DNA from: Mytilus edulis
Taxonomy: Eukaryota
Assembly: GCF_963676685.1 (NCBI RefSeq)
Contig: NC_092356.1
Coordinates: 35,774,001 to 35,838,000 of the forward strand
Length of the DNA stretch: 64,000 nucleotides
Direction: 5' to 3'
Under the pieces are notes generated by a model. The model was not told where the DNA came from and did no database searches. It saw nothing but the letters and a program-made list of their open reading frames with translations. How positions within the stretch are numbered: position 1 is the stretch's first letter; the number at the start of each line of letters is the position of its first letter. Shown piece by piece: positions 25,330-39,076 of this stretch. Position numbers and translations under genes: made by a program.

Positions 25330-28300
25330 AAGTAATAGATGATTACCTTGATGGAGGGTTGCTGTGTACAATAATAATGGATCAGTCACCGTACTTAATA
25401 TAATAAACTTTTGATTCCAAAAGTTCTTTGCAGGGGTAGTTAAGACACTGCATATTCATCAGCTCAAAGTGTAATACTATTGATAGGAATAGAGGGTTAT
25501 TGCATGTTTATTGATAAATATAAATGTACCGAGGAAGAGACATTTATACTACTCTAGGTTGCGAGCTCAGTATATATCCTACGAGGTATCATATTCACAA
25601 ATATTCGTTATCCGTATTACTCCCTCTTGAGCTTCTAATAAGTTTAATTTATTTATGTTTATTCTGTTCTGTCAAACCATAAATTTCATCGTGCGTCAAA
25701 GCGTATTGTATATAAAGGTAAAAATTTAGAATAATTGTCAATGATAATTCTCCACCAAAAACCAACTGAAAAAGAAGTTAACAACTATAGGTCACTGTAT
25801 AATCTACAACAGTGAGCAAAACCAATTAAAGTCATCGAGAAATGTTGACCAGTTCAAAAGAGAAAATTAGCGTCTGGATTTGTGTACAAAATATTGAAAG
25901 ATAAATATATATGATATACAGCAACAAACGAAAACTACTGAATTGACTCGGTGGAAATGTTAACAAAAGTCTTCGAATTGGCAATCGTTTTGTTTATTTT
26001 TTGCTGCTGTTTAAAGTATGCATTGAAAGACTTTTGTGTGACTTCCATCGTTTATCACTTTTCATGTCCGTCTGTTCTGTCGCCTATTTATTAAATTTGT
26101 GTTAACTTTTGCTGATTTGAATGGCTTCACATTTGATCAAAACTTTACAGTAAATCGAATTTTTCTACTCTAGGGATAATTCTGTTTGCTTATACTTTAA
26201 ATGGTCTAATATGTTAAACAGACTTCTATTGTTTTAGCATGCGAACGAGTGCAACTTCTTGTTTTATGTGCTACAGATTTCTCTACGTATAGCTGTTTTT
26301 TTAAGATTGATGAAATGTGAAATGACGATTCACTTTGAATAATAGTCAATGCATTAATCTATTTAATTTATCAATTTAAAATGGCAGTATTATGTGTTAC
26401 GCATATCCTCTTAATTTGCCATTTGTCCATCTGTTCTCAATATAGGTTTTTTACATCTTTATCTTCATCCATTTAGCTTGCCTTTAGCGACAGCATATCA
26501 AAGTTCAAAAAGGTTCTTATCACTGTTACTATAGATGATAAGAATTTAAACTAATCAATGAAATTGTATTTTCTTATAAAACGAAAATTTTCTACATTTG
26601 AAAATGCTTGTACCAAGTCAGGAATATGAAAGTTGTTCTCCTTTTCTTATTTGACTTTGCCATTTGATTATGGTCGTTCCGCTTGAATTTTCCTCGGAGT
26701 TCAGTATTTTTGTGATTTTATTTTTTTCTATTTTAACATTTAGTTTTGTTGCAATGTGTAAATATTATAATTTATCAATTGAATGATGAGGATAAACTTT
26801 TAAATGCTAGCATATATCATTTTTAAAGCTACAACATCGACGCGGTCATCAACTGTTGAACACACGAAAAAACAGCCAAATTTAATGATAGAATTTAAAA
26901 CACATAGGTTACGCTTACAGTATAGTCTTATCTAAGTTAGCGGAACAGTTTTATCTTCAAAACTACATTGCTATCCAAATCTTACAGGGATGTAATCATC
27001 TTCAAGAAGATAATTTATCTGCTCTTCACCGATTTTCAAATCGTATATAATCTGAAGTGTAAAGGAATGTATGATAAAGCTTTTTATGGAGTTATTATAT
27101 TCAAATATGTTACATGGATAGATGTTCCTAGACACGAAGTACAATATAATGACAATTAGGTAATTATTTATACATGTTAAACGCTTAAATGGTGTATATA
27201 ATTGTAAAGAGTAGTTTTCTAAATATTTACAATTATTAATGCTCAGTTCAAATACACAGTTCTTTTTCTAGCAAGAACTTAAAGATCAAAATACGATGTA
27301 AATCTCAAACATTCGTATATATCTTTCGACTTGCAGACAGTCTCAAAGATCATTGGATAGGAATGCAAGTTTTTGACATGTTAAAAACAATATTTCTCCA
27401 AGTTAGTATCGAAAACCGCTCATAAACCGAAAGCAACAATAATTTACCATCCGAAAACTACTCGAGGGAATCACCAATTCATGCCAATTGTTTTCTTGAT
27501 TTGTAGTTCTGTCAGTTTCCTTTTTCGTACAGATAATTAATTGATTGTCACAAATGCTTGCATATTGTTCACGATTTCATTCTGGTGATGTTAGGATGAC
27601 TTGACGGATTGAAAAAATAAATGAATTCATAACGTGTAATTACGAACAATTTACAAAAAGATGCGTATACTTTACACATTCTTATGGACTGTTTGCGATT
27701 TAGTAAATGGTACAAGCGTGGGGAAAACGTAAGACTTGTAAATACTCGTAACTAACACGAAACCATTCAAAATAACACATTGACAGGTCGTGATGAGCAC
27801 TTTGAAGCTTCGATGAATCGTTTTTAACAAGAGGTCTTGAAACTAAGGTTACTACATACGGAAATAATATCGGCGAATTAGAGTATAAGTTTAGAAAATG
27901 TATAGTAAATAATACTTTCTACTTAATTTAGATGAAAATGGTATTAAATTATGCCAAAAAAAAAGAAAGGTAACAGCACGATATTTATTAAACTCAATAG
28001 ATGGTACAGTGTGGTATACGGCAGCTTATAAAATAGATTTTACCCGTTATGTAACACAGAAATGCAAGATGAACTCCATTTCGTAACTCTCGAATGAACA
28101 TTCTAAATGTAATTCTGATATTTTGTCTAGTTTCATTTTTATGAATAATAATAAAAAAAAAATTTCATATGAGAACAAATATGACAAACTGATGATTTTT
28201 GTAAATAATACGAGTAAAATGTACAATAACAGGAACAACATTAACAATAGTGGAAAAAATGTGTAAAGTATGGTTTTATATGGATACTTTTTGATTCTTT

Positions 28301-28440
28301 AAAAAAGAACTCAAGGAATGACGATATAAGACAGGAACGCAACATATTTTATATGTTTAATACTATTCTAAATAAATATGATGTTAACTCTTATTTCATG
28401 AGAGTCATTTTGTCAAGTATTAAGAGAAACTAAATTAGGG

Positions 28441-28690
28441 AAAAGTAAAATCACAAAAATACTGAACTTAGAGGAAAATCAAATTCGGAAATTCCATAAT
28501 CACATGGCAAAATCAAATAACAAAACACATCAAAAACGAATGGACAATAACTGTCATATTCCTGACTTGGTACAGGCATTTTCAAATGTAGAAAATGGTG
28601 GATTAAACCTGGTTTTATAGCGCTAACCCTCTCACTTTGATGACAGTCTCATCAAATTCCGTTATATTTACATTGATGCGTTAACTAAAA
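28441..28690 (-). mobile_element. Family D short dispersed element carrying a twister motif
   Basis: AAAGTAAAATCACAAAAATACTGAACT end. Partial copies at 8080-8228, 26588-26722 (inverted), 47955-48137 (inverted) and 52480. Confidence 0.72.
28550..28647 (-). ncRNA. Twister ribozyme-like motif, type P5 (repeat family D)
   Basis: Minus strand reads ACTGTCAT caaa GTGA GAGGG ttagcgctataaaaccaggtt T^AA TCC AC CATTTTctacatttgAAAATG CCTG TACCAAGT CAGG aat ATGACAGT. Confidence 0.7.
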
Positions 28691-31600
28691 CACATAAGAT
28701 CATTTGTCTGTTTGTGAATGCAACACATTTTTAATTATTTATTTGTGTTACCAAAATTGACGGTTGTATAAATATCTCTTAATTTATATCATGGTTTTCG
28801 ATTGCTACATATGATATTAGTTCGGACTTATGTTCAATCCAGGTAAATTAATTTTGAATAAAGAACAAGGACACACGATTGAATGTTAACACATAAAATA
28901 TTTCAAGTTTAAGATACTCGATAAAACAACTGATAACGGCCTACCTGTAAAGATTTATGATATCGTGAAAGAAAATATTTCCTGTCATCAAGTATTTGAT
29001 AGGAAGGTATGTATACGCACACACATAAAAACTTTTTGTTAGATATGTATTGTAGCAAAATGAAGCTTTGATACCAAACATTTTTTGGTAATTCTTGAAT
29101 AACAACGCGCACCGAAAAGTAATGGTATATAAATCCGTTTTACGTTGAATTATTTTATAGACTCCATAATGCATAATGTGTCCATAGATTAGAACATACA
29201 CGTATTATCTAGTACAAATGCAATATTTTTTTCATTTATTGATTTTTATTCCGAAACAAAACTTCAAAATTTTAGTCAGAACATATGTTTTCAGAAATCT
29301 CTTTATTATATTTGTTTTGAGGGGAGGAGGATAAGAAGGCACTTTTGTTTATGTTATCCTTACTCTGAGGAAAACATATAAATCTTTATATCTTTCATAC
29401 GTGTATTTATTTCAGACTTGAATGCTTCTTTTTGTAACTTCATTGGGATGTAACAGTGTTGCCCAAAGTACAAAGTACCGCGGCAGCGCTTCATTCTACA
29501 AATGTGCGCACGGTCAACACTTTTACAACCCTATGAAGTTTAAAAGGAAGCATTCAATATTAATAATTACATTTTTTTAGCTAGGATAATGAGAACACGA
29601 TTTTTATCAAGTTTTATTTAATTTACCTGTGCACTTTATTTTTGGACCTCCTGTCATCATGAATGGTAAATTTTATTGTGTAATGTAGTTGATTAAGGAA
29701 TAACGCGAGATTGCAGTGTAGCCAATAAGAATAACGTATTATAAAGACACATACATGTTATGTAATAGTTCTATATTAAAATTTATTTTTTGTAAAAAAA
29801 ATAAAATTACCGTGTGTATTTGGAGCTCAGAATCACAAGATGTGACCCTGGATTATAAAAGTGATCAATGTTGCAGTTTAACACTACAATAAGTCCTGTC
29901 GTGAGTCCTTATTACTTGGCATTAATGGAATGCATTTAAACGAAGCCACGTTCGGTTATCTTTTTTTTTATTTGTCATTGCATACAATTTATCAGTAAAA
30001 TGCAAAAAAATGAAAACACATTTTTTTTTAATTTTGATCTGGAAACTGTATTTTGCTCATAAACATGCTTCGGTTCAAAATTAAAATTCCATTGTATTCA
30101 ATTTGTAAATAATCCTAGATTCCGCCGTCGCTGGATGCGTCAACATTAAGGTTCAGTCAGTGGTTAGATAGTTTTTAGACATCAATTTCTGTGTCAAACC
30201 TTCATGGAATTTAAATAAATTTGAACAGAAGCTAGGTTATAAGCAAAATACATAAATATATTTTACTGAAAAAGGGCTTTTTTGTTTTGCCGTTAGTATT
30301 CAAATAAGAACATATTTTTACATTTAACAAATAAACACAGTCTGGTGTAAAAGTGTAATACACTAAGTCTTGTGTTCTAATCGTAACTTCAATTGAACAT
30401 AAAACATTTTTTGATATAATACAAAACTCTCACATGGTACTAGCCACTTTCAGACGTCAAGCGCAGTTTTATTCAGATAATAAGTGCACGTAATTTCATT
30501 TTACATCACTGAGCATTGTTTGTCTCTAAATAGAACATCAGTATTTGTGACAAATCTTGATCAACCAACATGTAAATAAACCTTTTTCATAATTATTTAT
30601 TCCGAAAAAAAGCCTGTAGCACACTTGACTGCAAGGAATCGAATGATTTAAACTACTATCAAATATCCGTGCATAAAATTCTACCCGTATATCTTTATTT
30701 ATCCAATCAAACAACCCTATCTACAAAAAGCATAACCCCGTTTTCCTTGAAACACAACAAACTTGAATCGATATATATATACATTTTTTTTTAAATATAG
30801 TTATGCGTAACCTCAACAGTACATTAAACATTTATCAATATAAAACAAAATTATCCCATGGGAGTAGCCACTAGCAAAAGTAAAGTACATTTTAGGGGAA
30901 AAAAACAACGATCGGGCAAGTATTTGATCATTTTCTAATTAAAAATTCCCAAATTTTGAGTTATAATGTTTTTCTTTACATACCACCCTGCCATGTTTTT
31001 TAAACTCTCTATCTGATTATCTGACATGTATTAAAAGTAAACTCTGCATACTGAATGTATAGGAGGTCCAGCCAATTGTTGTCACCCTTCCATCTACGCC
31101 TGAGGAACCTGGTGTATACAATCTAAAATTGAATAATGAAATTTTCTTTTTTTTTTTACTGTCGACAAATCTATCAACTGAATAAGGTTTATACATATAC
31201 ATGTATAATCTTTAAATTGAAAAAAAACCTCAACACTGACACCTTAATCGTCAAAATCGAAAATCTTACTTATGGCATTTGCTTTAATGTTTTCCTCTTT
31301 ATCTATATATCCATTAAATATTTATATTAATAAAATTCTTTATAGATTTTTCTATATTAACTAAAAAACCAGCATCAATTATCGTCTGTGCCACGAAAAC
31401 AAAATCGAAATAGAAAAAATCGAAATCAAAATTAGAACCTATACCATCATCTAAATATAAAATCATACGGAGACTATTTTCAACTTAAACTTAACTTACG
31501 GCAGTAGACATTTTGTGAACACATATAAACTAGAAGACAAGTCGAATGGTAATATTGTAAACATGCAAAATTTTTCTTCCCATGAAAAACTTAGGTAGGT

Positions 31601-32125
31601 TTGTGATATCAAAATGATGATAACCAGACTTAAAATTTAATTAAAGTTAAGATAATTTTCTCAAAACGCTACCCTCCAATCTTCAAATTTTACTTTGTTT
31701 TTCCAAATATGTATATTAATTTCTAAAATTAATCTTTAATTATTTATATATACAATCAGACCTATCTATAAATAGGGCCGTGTTCTCATTGACCTAAACT
31801 CGGTGTTGTGTAAGTGTAATTCACACGTAAACTAAACAAAATTACGTTCCCATTGATAAAACTCAATGTTTACATGTACTTTAAATCATGGTTTGTCTAC
31901 ATGCAGTCGATAGTCAATGTAGTCCTTGTGTAGATTAAGTGTACACAAAACAAGGTATTTAAAACATGCATTTTACCATGTATATTTAAAGAAGAAACTT
32001 TTTTTGATAAAATTGATATTTATAACAATTATTTATGTACATGTATTTGGTTTACCGAATTATTTGTGTAAACTTGATATATTAATTGGTTTGTTATATA
32101 AAAAAAACTTTAAGTACCCTTATAA

Positions 32126-32370
32126 GGGAGCAACCATTTAACCACTTCCGGTAAGGGGGTCATGGTTTTTATGTTCGACACAGAATTTTTTTGTTTCGCG
32201 CATAACACGAACAATTTTATTTATTTTTTCAAAGCTTTCAATCAAATATTTTTGTTCAAAATTTAACACTATAAGATAAAGGGAAAATCTGGATTCAGAT
32301 ATTTTCCCTTCATTGAACAGAATATTTTTTATGGACCCCCCTCTTTTTTTTAAGTTGAATGGTCATTCCC
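32126..32370. mobile_element. MITE with imperfect TIRs
   Basis: ATAA GGGAGCAACCATTTAAC ... GTTGAATGGTCATTCCC TTAA. Confidence 0.55.
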
Positions 32371-33739
32371 TTAACTCCTAATCCAGACTCAAAGCATCAT
32401 CATTGCCAAACACAAATTTCATCAGAAAATGTCTTCCCGAATTGACTGGACGTACTCAGAAATATTTACTTAAACAACCCAAACATCACAAACCTTTTTC
32501 TTCGTTTGTGAACACACTGCTACAGCTTACGTTATGTATTGTGTAATTGTTGCGGATTCAGATGGGGGCGGGTTCTGGGAGTTGAAACCCCCTTTTCTGG
32601 ACGATCAATGTTTGGAACGCCATGCATTCTAAAAATGCCTTTATCCGTCTTTGGTAATGGAAACATCTTTAGTATCTTTAAAATAGGTGCAAATCCTCAA
32701 CATGGCTTTCATCACTGCTAGAAAAGTTGTCCAAGAAATTCTAATTCGATTGTATGTAATGAACATTTAAATGACATATAGTTTATAAGTGTGAACAAAA
32801 CTTATGCACAGGTAACTGAACCAGGTGTTTAGATGTGAACAAATTCAATATGAAACCAGTGTACATTACATTAAACTAATTGTATACATGTTTACTGTAC
32901 ATAGCGTTTGGTGTTAACACGGCCTTGGATAAACACGTGTACCGTAAAACACAACAAACTTGAATCGATATATATATATATATTCAACTTTAATAAATAT
33001 GATACAAACACTTTATCAAACTTTCCTAGAACTTATGAAGTTTTTGCAGAAGCTATTGAGATTAAGAGATAATGTCTGAAGTAAACTTTTGAAAATACAT
33101 GTTCTCATTTTCAGTCTTTTTTTCTGATTGCGGGATATAGATTTTTACAGACAATCTTGGATTACACAGTTTTCACATGATACATTTGTAAACATCCAAT
33201 GAATGTTATGAAACTTGAACAGAAGCTAATCGTCAATACCATGAAATAGTTTCAAAATAATTGTTTTATTCTGTAATGTACCCAAAAAATATCTTTTTAA
33301 GTCAACATTAAAATTTTACGATGACAGCAACAATCACAGGAGACATAAGGTTGCACCTAACCCCTTTCACATTTTCATATGGTATGTATAGCATTTTGAA
33401 CGAGGCGTTTGGGCTTTATTGTTGGATATTTGCACCCTTTTTGCGCCTAACCAATGAAGGAGGATGTGAAAAAAATATAGCTGACGATGACTAGCCTGTA
33501 ATTCAGTGGTTGTCGTTTGTTTAAGTGTTACATATTTGTTTTGTCGTTCATTTTTTTTATATAAATAAGGCCGATATTTTCTTGTTTGAATTATTTTACA
33601 TTGTCTTATCGGGACCTTTTATAGCTGACTATGCGGTATGGGCTTTGCTCATTGTTGAAGGCCGTACGGTGACCTATAGTTGTTAATGTCTGTAACATTT
33701 TGGTCTCTTGTGGACAGTTGTCTCATTGGCAATCATACC

Positions 33740-33976
33740 AAAAAATGGGGAATGTGTCAAAGCGACAACAACCCTACCATAGAGCCGACTACAGCCGAAG
33801 GCCACCAATGGGTCTTCAATGTAGCGAGAAACTCCCGCACCCGTGGGTGGCCTTCAGCTGTCCCCTTAAAAATATGTATACTAGTACAGTGATAATGGAC
33901 GTCATACTAAACTCCGAATTATACACAAGAAAACTAAAATTAAAAATCAAACAAGACTAATAAACGCCAGAGGCTT
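33740..33976 (-). mobile_element. Family C short dispersed element fragment
   Basis: GGGGAATGTGTCAAAG..GAAGGCCACCAATGGGTCTTC, also at 38302-38383 and 49655-49943, and inverted near 51457 and 59505. Confidence 0.65.
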
Positions 33977-34272
33977 TCAAATAATACAACAAAAGATTCT
34001 TTTGATTTGAAGTTTATATTAGTTTATTTATGAGTTTGACTGCCCTTTGGTATCTTTCGTCCCTCTTTTATATTAGGTTTTTATCTGAACATATACAATA
34101 CAGAACAAATGTTATTAAAACCAGGCAAACAATGTATTCAAATTTTCGGTAGTTAAAAAAGCATTAGAAGCATACATTATTAGTTACTTTATTTGGTCTT
34201 TTCCATCTGTTTTAATTTCATTTTATTAATAACACTGTATTAATGTGGGCAAATAAGTTAGCTAGGTCTATT

Positions 34273-34776
34273 GCAAAATTGTATCATTTAATTCAGGAAT
34301 ATTTGCAAAAAATACCATTCAAGAGACTGTGAAATTTCCCGGGCCGCTAGGCGAGGGAAATACTGTCCCAAAACTGGAATTTTTCGCAAATACCCTTCAA
34401 TTACATGATGTATCTGTTTAATTACACCAATTGATATAGATTGAAAATCTCTGTACATGTATTATGTTTATGCATAATTTTGAGGATAAATAGGTGGATA
34501 TTATCATAAAACCACAGTAATTATACATACACTTAAACGCGCAAGCTCCACATGGCTTTCTTAATCTAACGTCATATTCGAAAATAGCGGGAATATGCTT
34601 GCAAGAGTATAGGAATATCCTAAATGGCAAATATCATGGTTTTTAGGCATATTCACTGGCAGTGGTGAAAAGCAGGCAAATTCGTTAAAATTAGGAAATG
34701 TTTTTTAGAATATGCAAAAAAAAAAAACTTGCTACCAACCAATCAAAATCATTCCTTTTTTTAAGGTGTAATTATA
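34273..34776. mobile_element. Long-hairpin non-autonomous element
   Basis: Degenerate palindrome 34273-34412, TAATTACACC (34419) and GGTGTAATTA (34765), CCAATC at 34739. Confidence 0.55.
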
Positions 34777-35087
34777 AGTTATAAACCACTACATTTCAAT
34801 ACATTCAGTTGCTATAATGTGTTGCCACTATGTGTATTAAAACCCAGATCGTAATCATTTTGAAGGCTCGTATACAGACAACTGTGTATATTGCTTACAT
34901 CTTATGTACCAGTAGCATTGTATACCAGTTAAATTATTTGTGCTCTGCATCAACGCAGCCAAACACAACTGGTCTTAAATAGAAGTGTTTATTTCTATAT
35001 CTGTCAAAATGTACATACAATTAGATTCAATGGATCTAATTATGACAGTAAATAAATCCTTTTCTTTTTTTATCATAGAGTTGAAAT

Positions 35088-36758
35088 ATGGATATTAATG
35101 ACAAACAAGATCTTTGCAGTCCATGTGAATACCAAAGCAAGACAACACTAGCTACACAATGGTGCATCGACTGTAAAGAGCCTCTTTGTGTTAGCTGCTA
35201 CGGGAACCACAATGCACACAGATATTCAAGGAACCATCATGTAATATCAATAGAAAGCAACAAAATGCTACAGTCCTTAAAGATACCTCTAAATGAGTAT
35301 TGTGAAGCACATGATCAAGAAAAAGACTTGTACTGTTCCTTCCATAACGAGATTATATGTCTGACATGCACACAGACTACTCACGGGAAATGTGTACCAG
35401 CTGTCCGTTTGAGTGAAGTCAGTAAGAGCGCCAAAACGTCGACGTTCGTCTCAATGTTAGAAACGAGTTTAGTTGAGGTTGTCGATAAATTAAGTGTAAT
35501 CATAAGAGAAAGAGAAACTAACAAAGCAAAAATTGAAAAACAAAAAACTCAAATATTCGAAACAGTTAAACATTTTAGAAAATGTATAAACGATAAGCTA
35601 GACCAGGTAGAAAATGTTATACTTGAAGATTTAAATGCAAACTTGGAAAAACTTAACCTGCAAATCGACAACAATGTTCATTTTCTTAACGATCACCTAA
35701 ATGAGTTTGATGAAATACGAAAAAAGATTGATATATTAAAGGATAATGCGTCAGATACGCAAACTTTTATAGGTGTAAGAGCTCTCGAAAAAGTATTTCA
35801 TTACAAAGAGGTTAGGCTTACATCATTTTTAGAGTTAATCCAAAACCTCAACATTGAGTTTGAGGTGAATAAAGATATATTTGTTGCGTGCGCGGATATC
35901 AGGTCATTCGGTGATATTCGAGTGCAAACATTAGATACCGGTTATTTTAATTTCCTGAAAAACAGAGGACAATACCCTATTAACCGTCAATTAAAACTAT
36001 CCAAAGCATTAGAAATCAAGATACCCCAGGAATCTTTTTTTAGAAGTATCATACTAAGTTGCGTCATACTTCCGAACAAACAGATGATTTGTGTAGACTC
36101 ACATGCTCGTAATAAACGATTGATAGCTTTTAATGAGGATGGAAGTCATGATCGCAATATCAACTTGACCAGTAAACCATTTGATATCGCTGTGATTGAT
36201 GATAACAAAATTGCCCTGAGTTTTCCATGGAGTGCTCGCAAAAGAATAGGAATAATAAATATGAGCAATTCAAAATTGGATCCCGACATTTTGTTAAAAA
36301 ACAAATGTTATGGTATTTCATACGATAAAGAGAGATTGTTTGTCGTCGTCAAGACTGAAGGGATTTTGATAATGGACTTGTGTGGACAGGTAAGCGCATG
36401 TTTACCGATTGAAGGACAGGAAATATTCTATGTTCACGTAAAAAATGACAGAATTTATTGTTCTGACGAATGCAATGACACAGTACAGTGTTATGATATG
36501 GAAGGGTGTTCTATTTGGACATTTAAAGATTCCAATTTAGAATCACCAAGATCAATTTCAGCAGACGATAAATTTATTTTAATAGCAGGATGCAAGACAA
36601 ATAATGTTGTGTCAGTTTATTTGGATGGAAGTTTGGCCAGAGTTATTTGTGACTCGGACGACGGGATAAATAATCCAACAAGTATATATTTTGATTCACA
36701 AAATCTTTTAGTATGCAATTCTTCAAATGCACAGGCATTTTTGTACAAAGTAAATTAG
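35088..36758 (+). CDS. RING-less TRIM-like B-box/coiled-coil/beta-propeller protein, 556 aa, copy 2
   Basis: Intact ORF, colinear with and the same length as 13495..15165. Same Cys/His pattern and same acceptor 9 nt before the ATG. Confidence 0.93.
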   Translation: MDINDKQDLCSPCEYQSKTTLATQWCIDCKEPLCVSCYGNHNAHRYSRNHHVISIESNKMLQSLKIPLNEYCEAHDQEKDLYCSFHNEIICLTCTQTTHGKCVPAVRLSEVSKSAKTSTFVSMLETSLVEVVDKLSVIIRERETNKAKIEKQKTQIFETVKHFRKCINDKLDQVENVILEDLNANLEKLNLQIDNNVHFLNDHLNEFDEIRKKIDILKDNASDTQTFIGVRALEKVFHYKEVRLTSFLELIQNLNIEFEVNKDIFVACADIRSFGDIRVQTLDTGYFNFLKNRGQYPINRQLKLSKALEIKIPQESFFRSIILSCVILPNKQMICVDSHARNKRLIAFNEDGSHDRNINLTSKPFDIAVIDDNKIALSFPWSARKRIGIINMSNSKLDPDILLKNKCYGISYDKERLFVVVKTEGILIMDLCGQVSACLPIEGQEIFYVHVKNDRIYCSDECNDTVQCYDMEGCSIWTFKDSNLESPRSISADDKFILIAGCKTNNVVSVYLDGSLARVICDSDDGINNPTSIYFDSQNLLVCNSSNAQAFLYKVN

Positions 36759-38871
36759 GAGATTTATTCATCATCATTATTTGAGTCTTTTTCAGTTCAT
36801 TTTTTCATCTTATGCTAATGTTTAATAATGTTTAATAAAATATGTTTGGCAAAAATGAAAATGCATGTAACTTATATTATTGACCATACCTTGATTTGAT
36901 TATAGATCAATTTTGAATTAGATAGCGTTACGTTGCTGGAGAACGCACAGTATTGTTAAGACGTTTTTTATACAACTAATTGCTGTCACACCTTTGTTTA
37001 CACCTATATTTCATGTTCATTGAATTACCTTAAGTTCACATTTATTAGGTTAACTAATAGCTGTCTATTCCTCGTTTACACCTCATCTCGGCTTTAAATT
37101 GACTTACATTGTCTCATCGACTTTGGTTCACATTTACGCCCGGTCATGGTACAACTGATGCTTTTTTTTGCTTTACAATCAATAACTAAATATTCGGGTT
37201 TACAGAAAAAAAAATGTGTTCTTATTTTCGAGGCCTTAAAAGGTTTTCTTTCACATTTAATAGAAATATTCAAAAGTTACGCTTGCAAAATGTGGTATCA
37301 TTGGGGGACTATTTTTAAGTATAAAACATGTTTATGATAATTTTGTGGGCTGTGTAAAGTTAAAAAGAGAATTTTTCTAACAAGGGGTTTGTCAAGGAAC
37401 GTCTCGTCCTTTTTCTAAACACATCTATCTCAAGATACCACGACCTACTTGATAAAAGAGGGGCGAAAGATACCAGATGGACAGTCAAACTAATAAATCG
37501 AAAATAAACTGACAACGCCATGGCTAAAAATGAAAAAGACAAACAGACAAACAATAGTACATATGACAAAGCATAAGCAACACGAACCCCACAATATACT
37601 CCCTTTATCAACTCCACAAATGGCACAAAATGGCGTCTTGAGGTTGCACTTTGTAAATATAGCTGTTTCTCAAACCACGCCTCTTTTGGGGAGATTTAGA
37701 ATATTCATAAAAAAATAATTTTGTTTACATACTGGTTCCCAGTAACATGGGAATGTTACCAGTAAATATACATGTGCATATTGTTTGCATTTAAATCTGT
37801 GTTAACCCTTCATTCGAGGTAGGGGTAGTTAAGAAAATTAGTGTTAGTTTAAACTCTGAAAAGTTCAGGGCATATAAACGTTGAAATATGCCGCACAGCC
37901 CTATATTTTGACCTTTGAAAAAAATTGTAGTGCATATGAACTTTCAATTCTAGGATAAGATTTTTTTCAAAACTTCATAGTAAAAGTGGTACAGTTTTAG
38001 CCGTAAAAGGAGTTCCTATGGGAAATTGCATTGTCAATATTTAGAGAAATGCAACCTTGAAGTATAGAATCTGGGTAATAATGTTGTTTATCATCTTTAT
38101 AACGTGTTACAGGTCACTGTTTAGTACTGTTTGATACACATAACGGTGCTGAGTACTTATACATGCCGCCATTGCTAAATTGTTTTATGATAATTTTTGT
38201 ATTCTTGATTTTCATTTTTGCCAATATTCTTTGTCTGTATATGCCTTTTTGTGTTTCTTTGAGACATATGACGCAGCTCTGATTTTATACATCTTGTCAT
38301 TATAAAATTGAGAATGGAAATGGGGAATATGTCAAAGAGACAACAACCCGACCAAAGAGCAGAAATCAGCCGAAGGCCACCAAGAATAGAAACAAATCAA
38401 AATGACAATGATACATAAATTATCAAAGGTCTACTATCAGTTACTGACATGCCAGCTCCAGATCTTACACTGATTAAAAGATTATGTCTTCATCATATGA
38501 ATATCATTTCTGTATTTTTAATTTTTGCAAATATGCGTTGTCTGTATGCCTTTTTGTGCTTCTTTGTAACATATGTTGTTGTTTTTAAAGTGATTAAATT
38601 TATAACACAATGATGACTGCTATGAATATAAAAAAGAAGATGTGGTATGATTGCCAATGAGACAACTGTCCACAAGAGACCAAATTGACACAGACATTTT
38701 AACAACTATAGGTCTCCGTACGGCTTTCAACAATGAGCAAAGCCCATATCGCAAAGCCAATAACGAATCGTAAACAATTAAAAGCAAACTATGAAACCTT
38801 TCAAACAACAGATCCCTAACGGTCTGATATATGACAAAACAATAACATGAATAAGAAAACCGGAAATTCAA

Positions 38872-39076
38872 GAGGGGGATAGGACCTTTATCGGGACTCC
38901 GGGATCGGGTGTTTTTAAGCTCGGGATTTCGAAATTGACCCTTTCGGGATCCGGGAATTCTTTTTTTTTTTTTTGGATTTCGGGATGTCGGGATTATACT
39001 TATTTAAATTCGGGACTTTGTGATTTCATGTTTTTGAGCCCGGGATTTCGGGATCAGGACCTTTCCTATCCTCCTC
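38872..39076. mobile_element. MITE with internal TCGGGA repeats
   Basis: TIRs GAGGGGGATAGGA / TCCTATCCTCCTC, flanked by an ATTCAA direct repeat. Confidence 0.7.
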
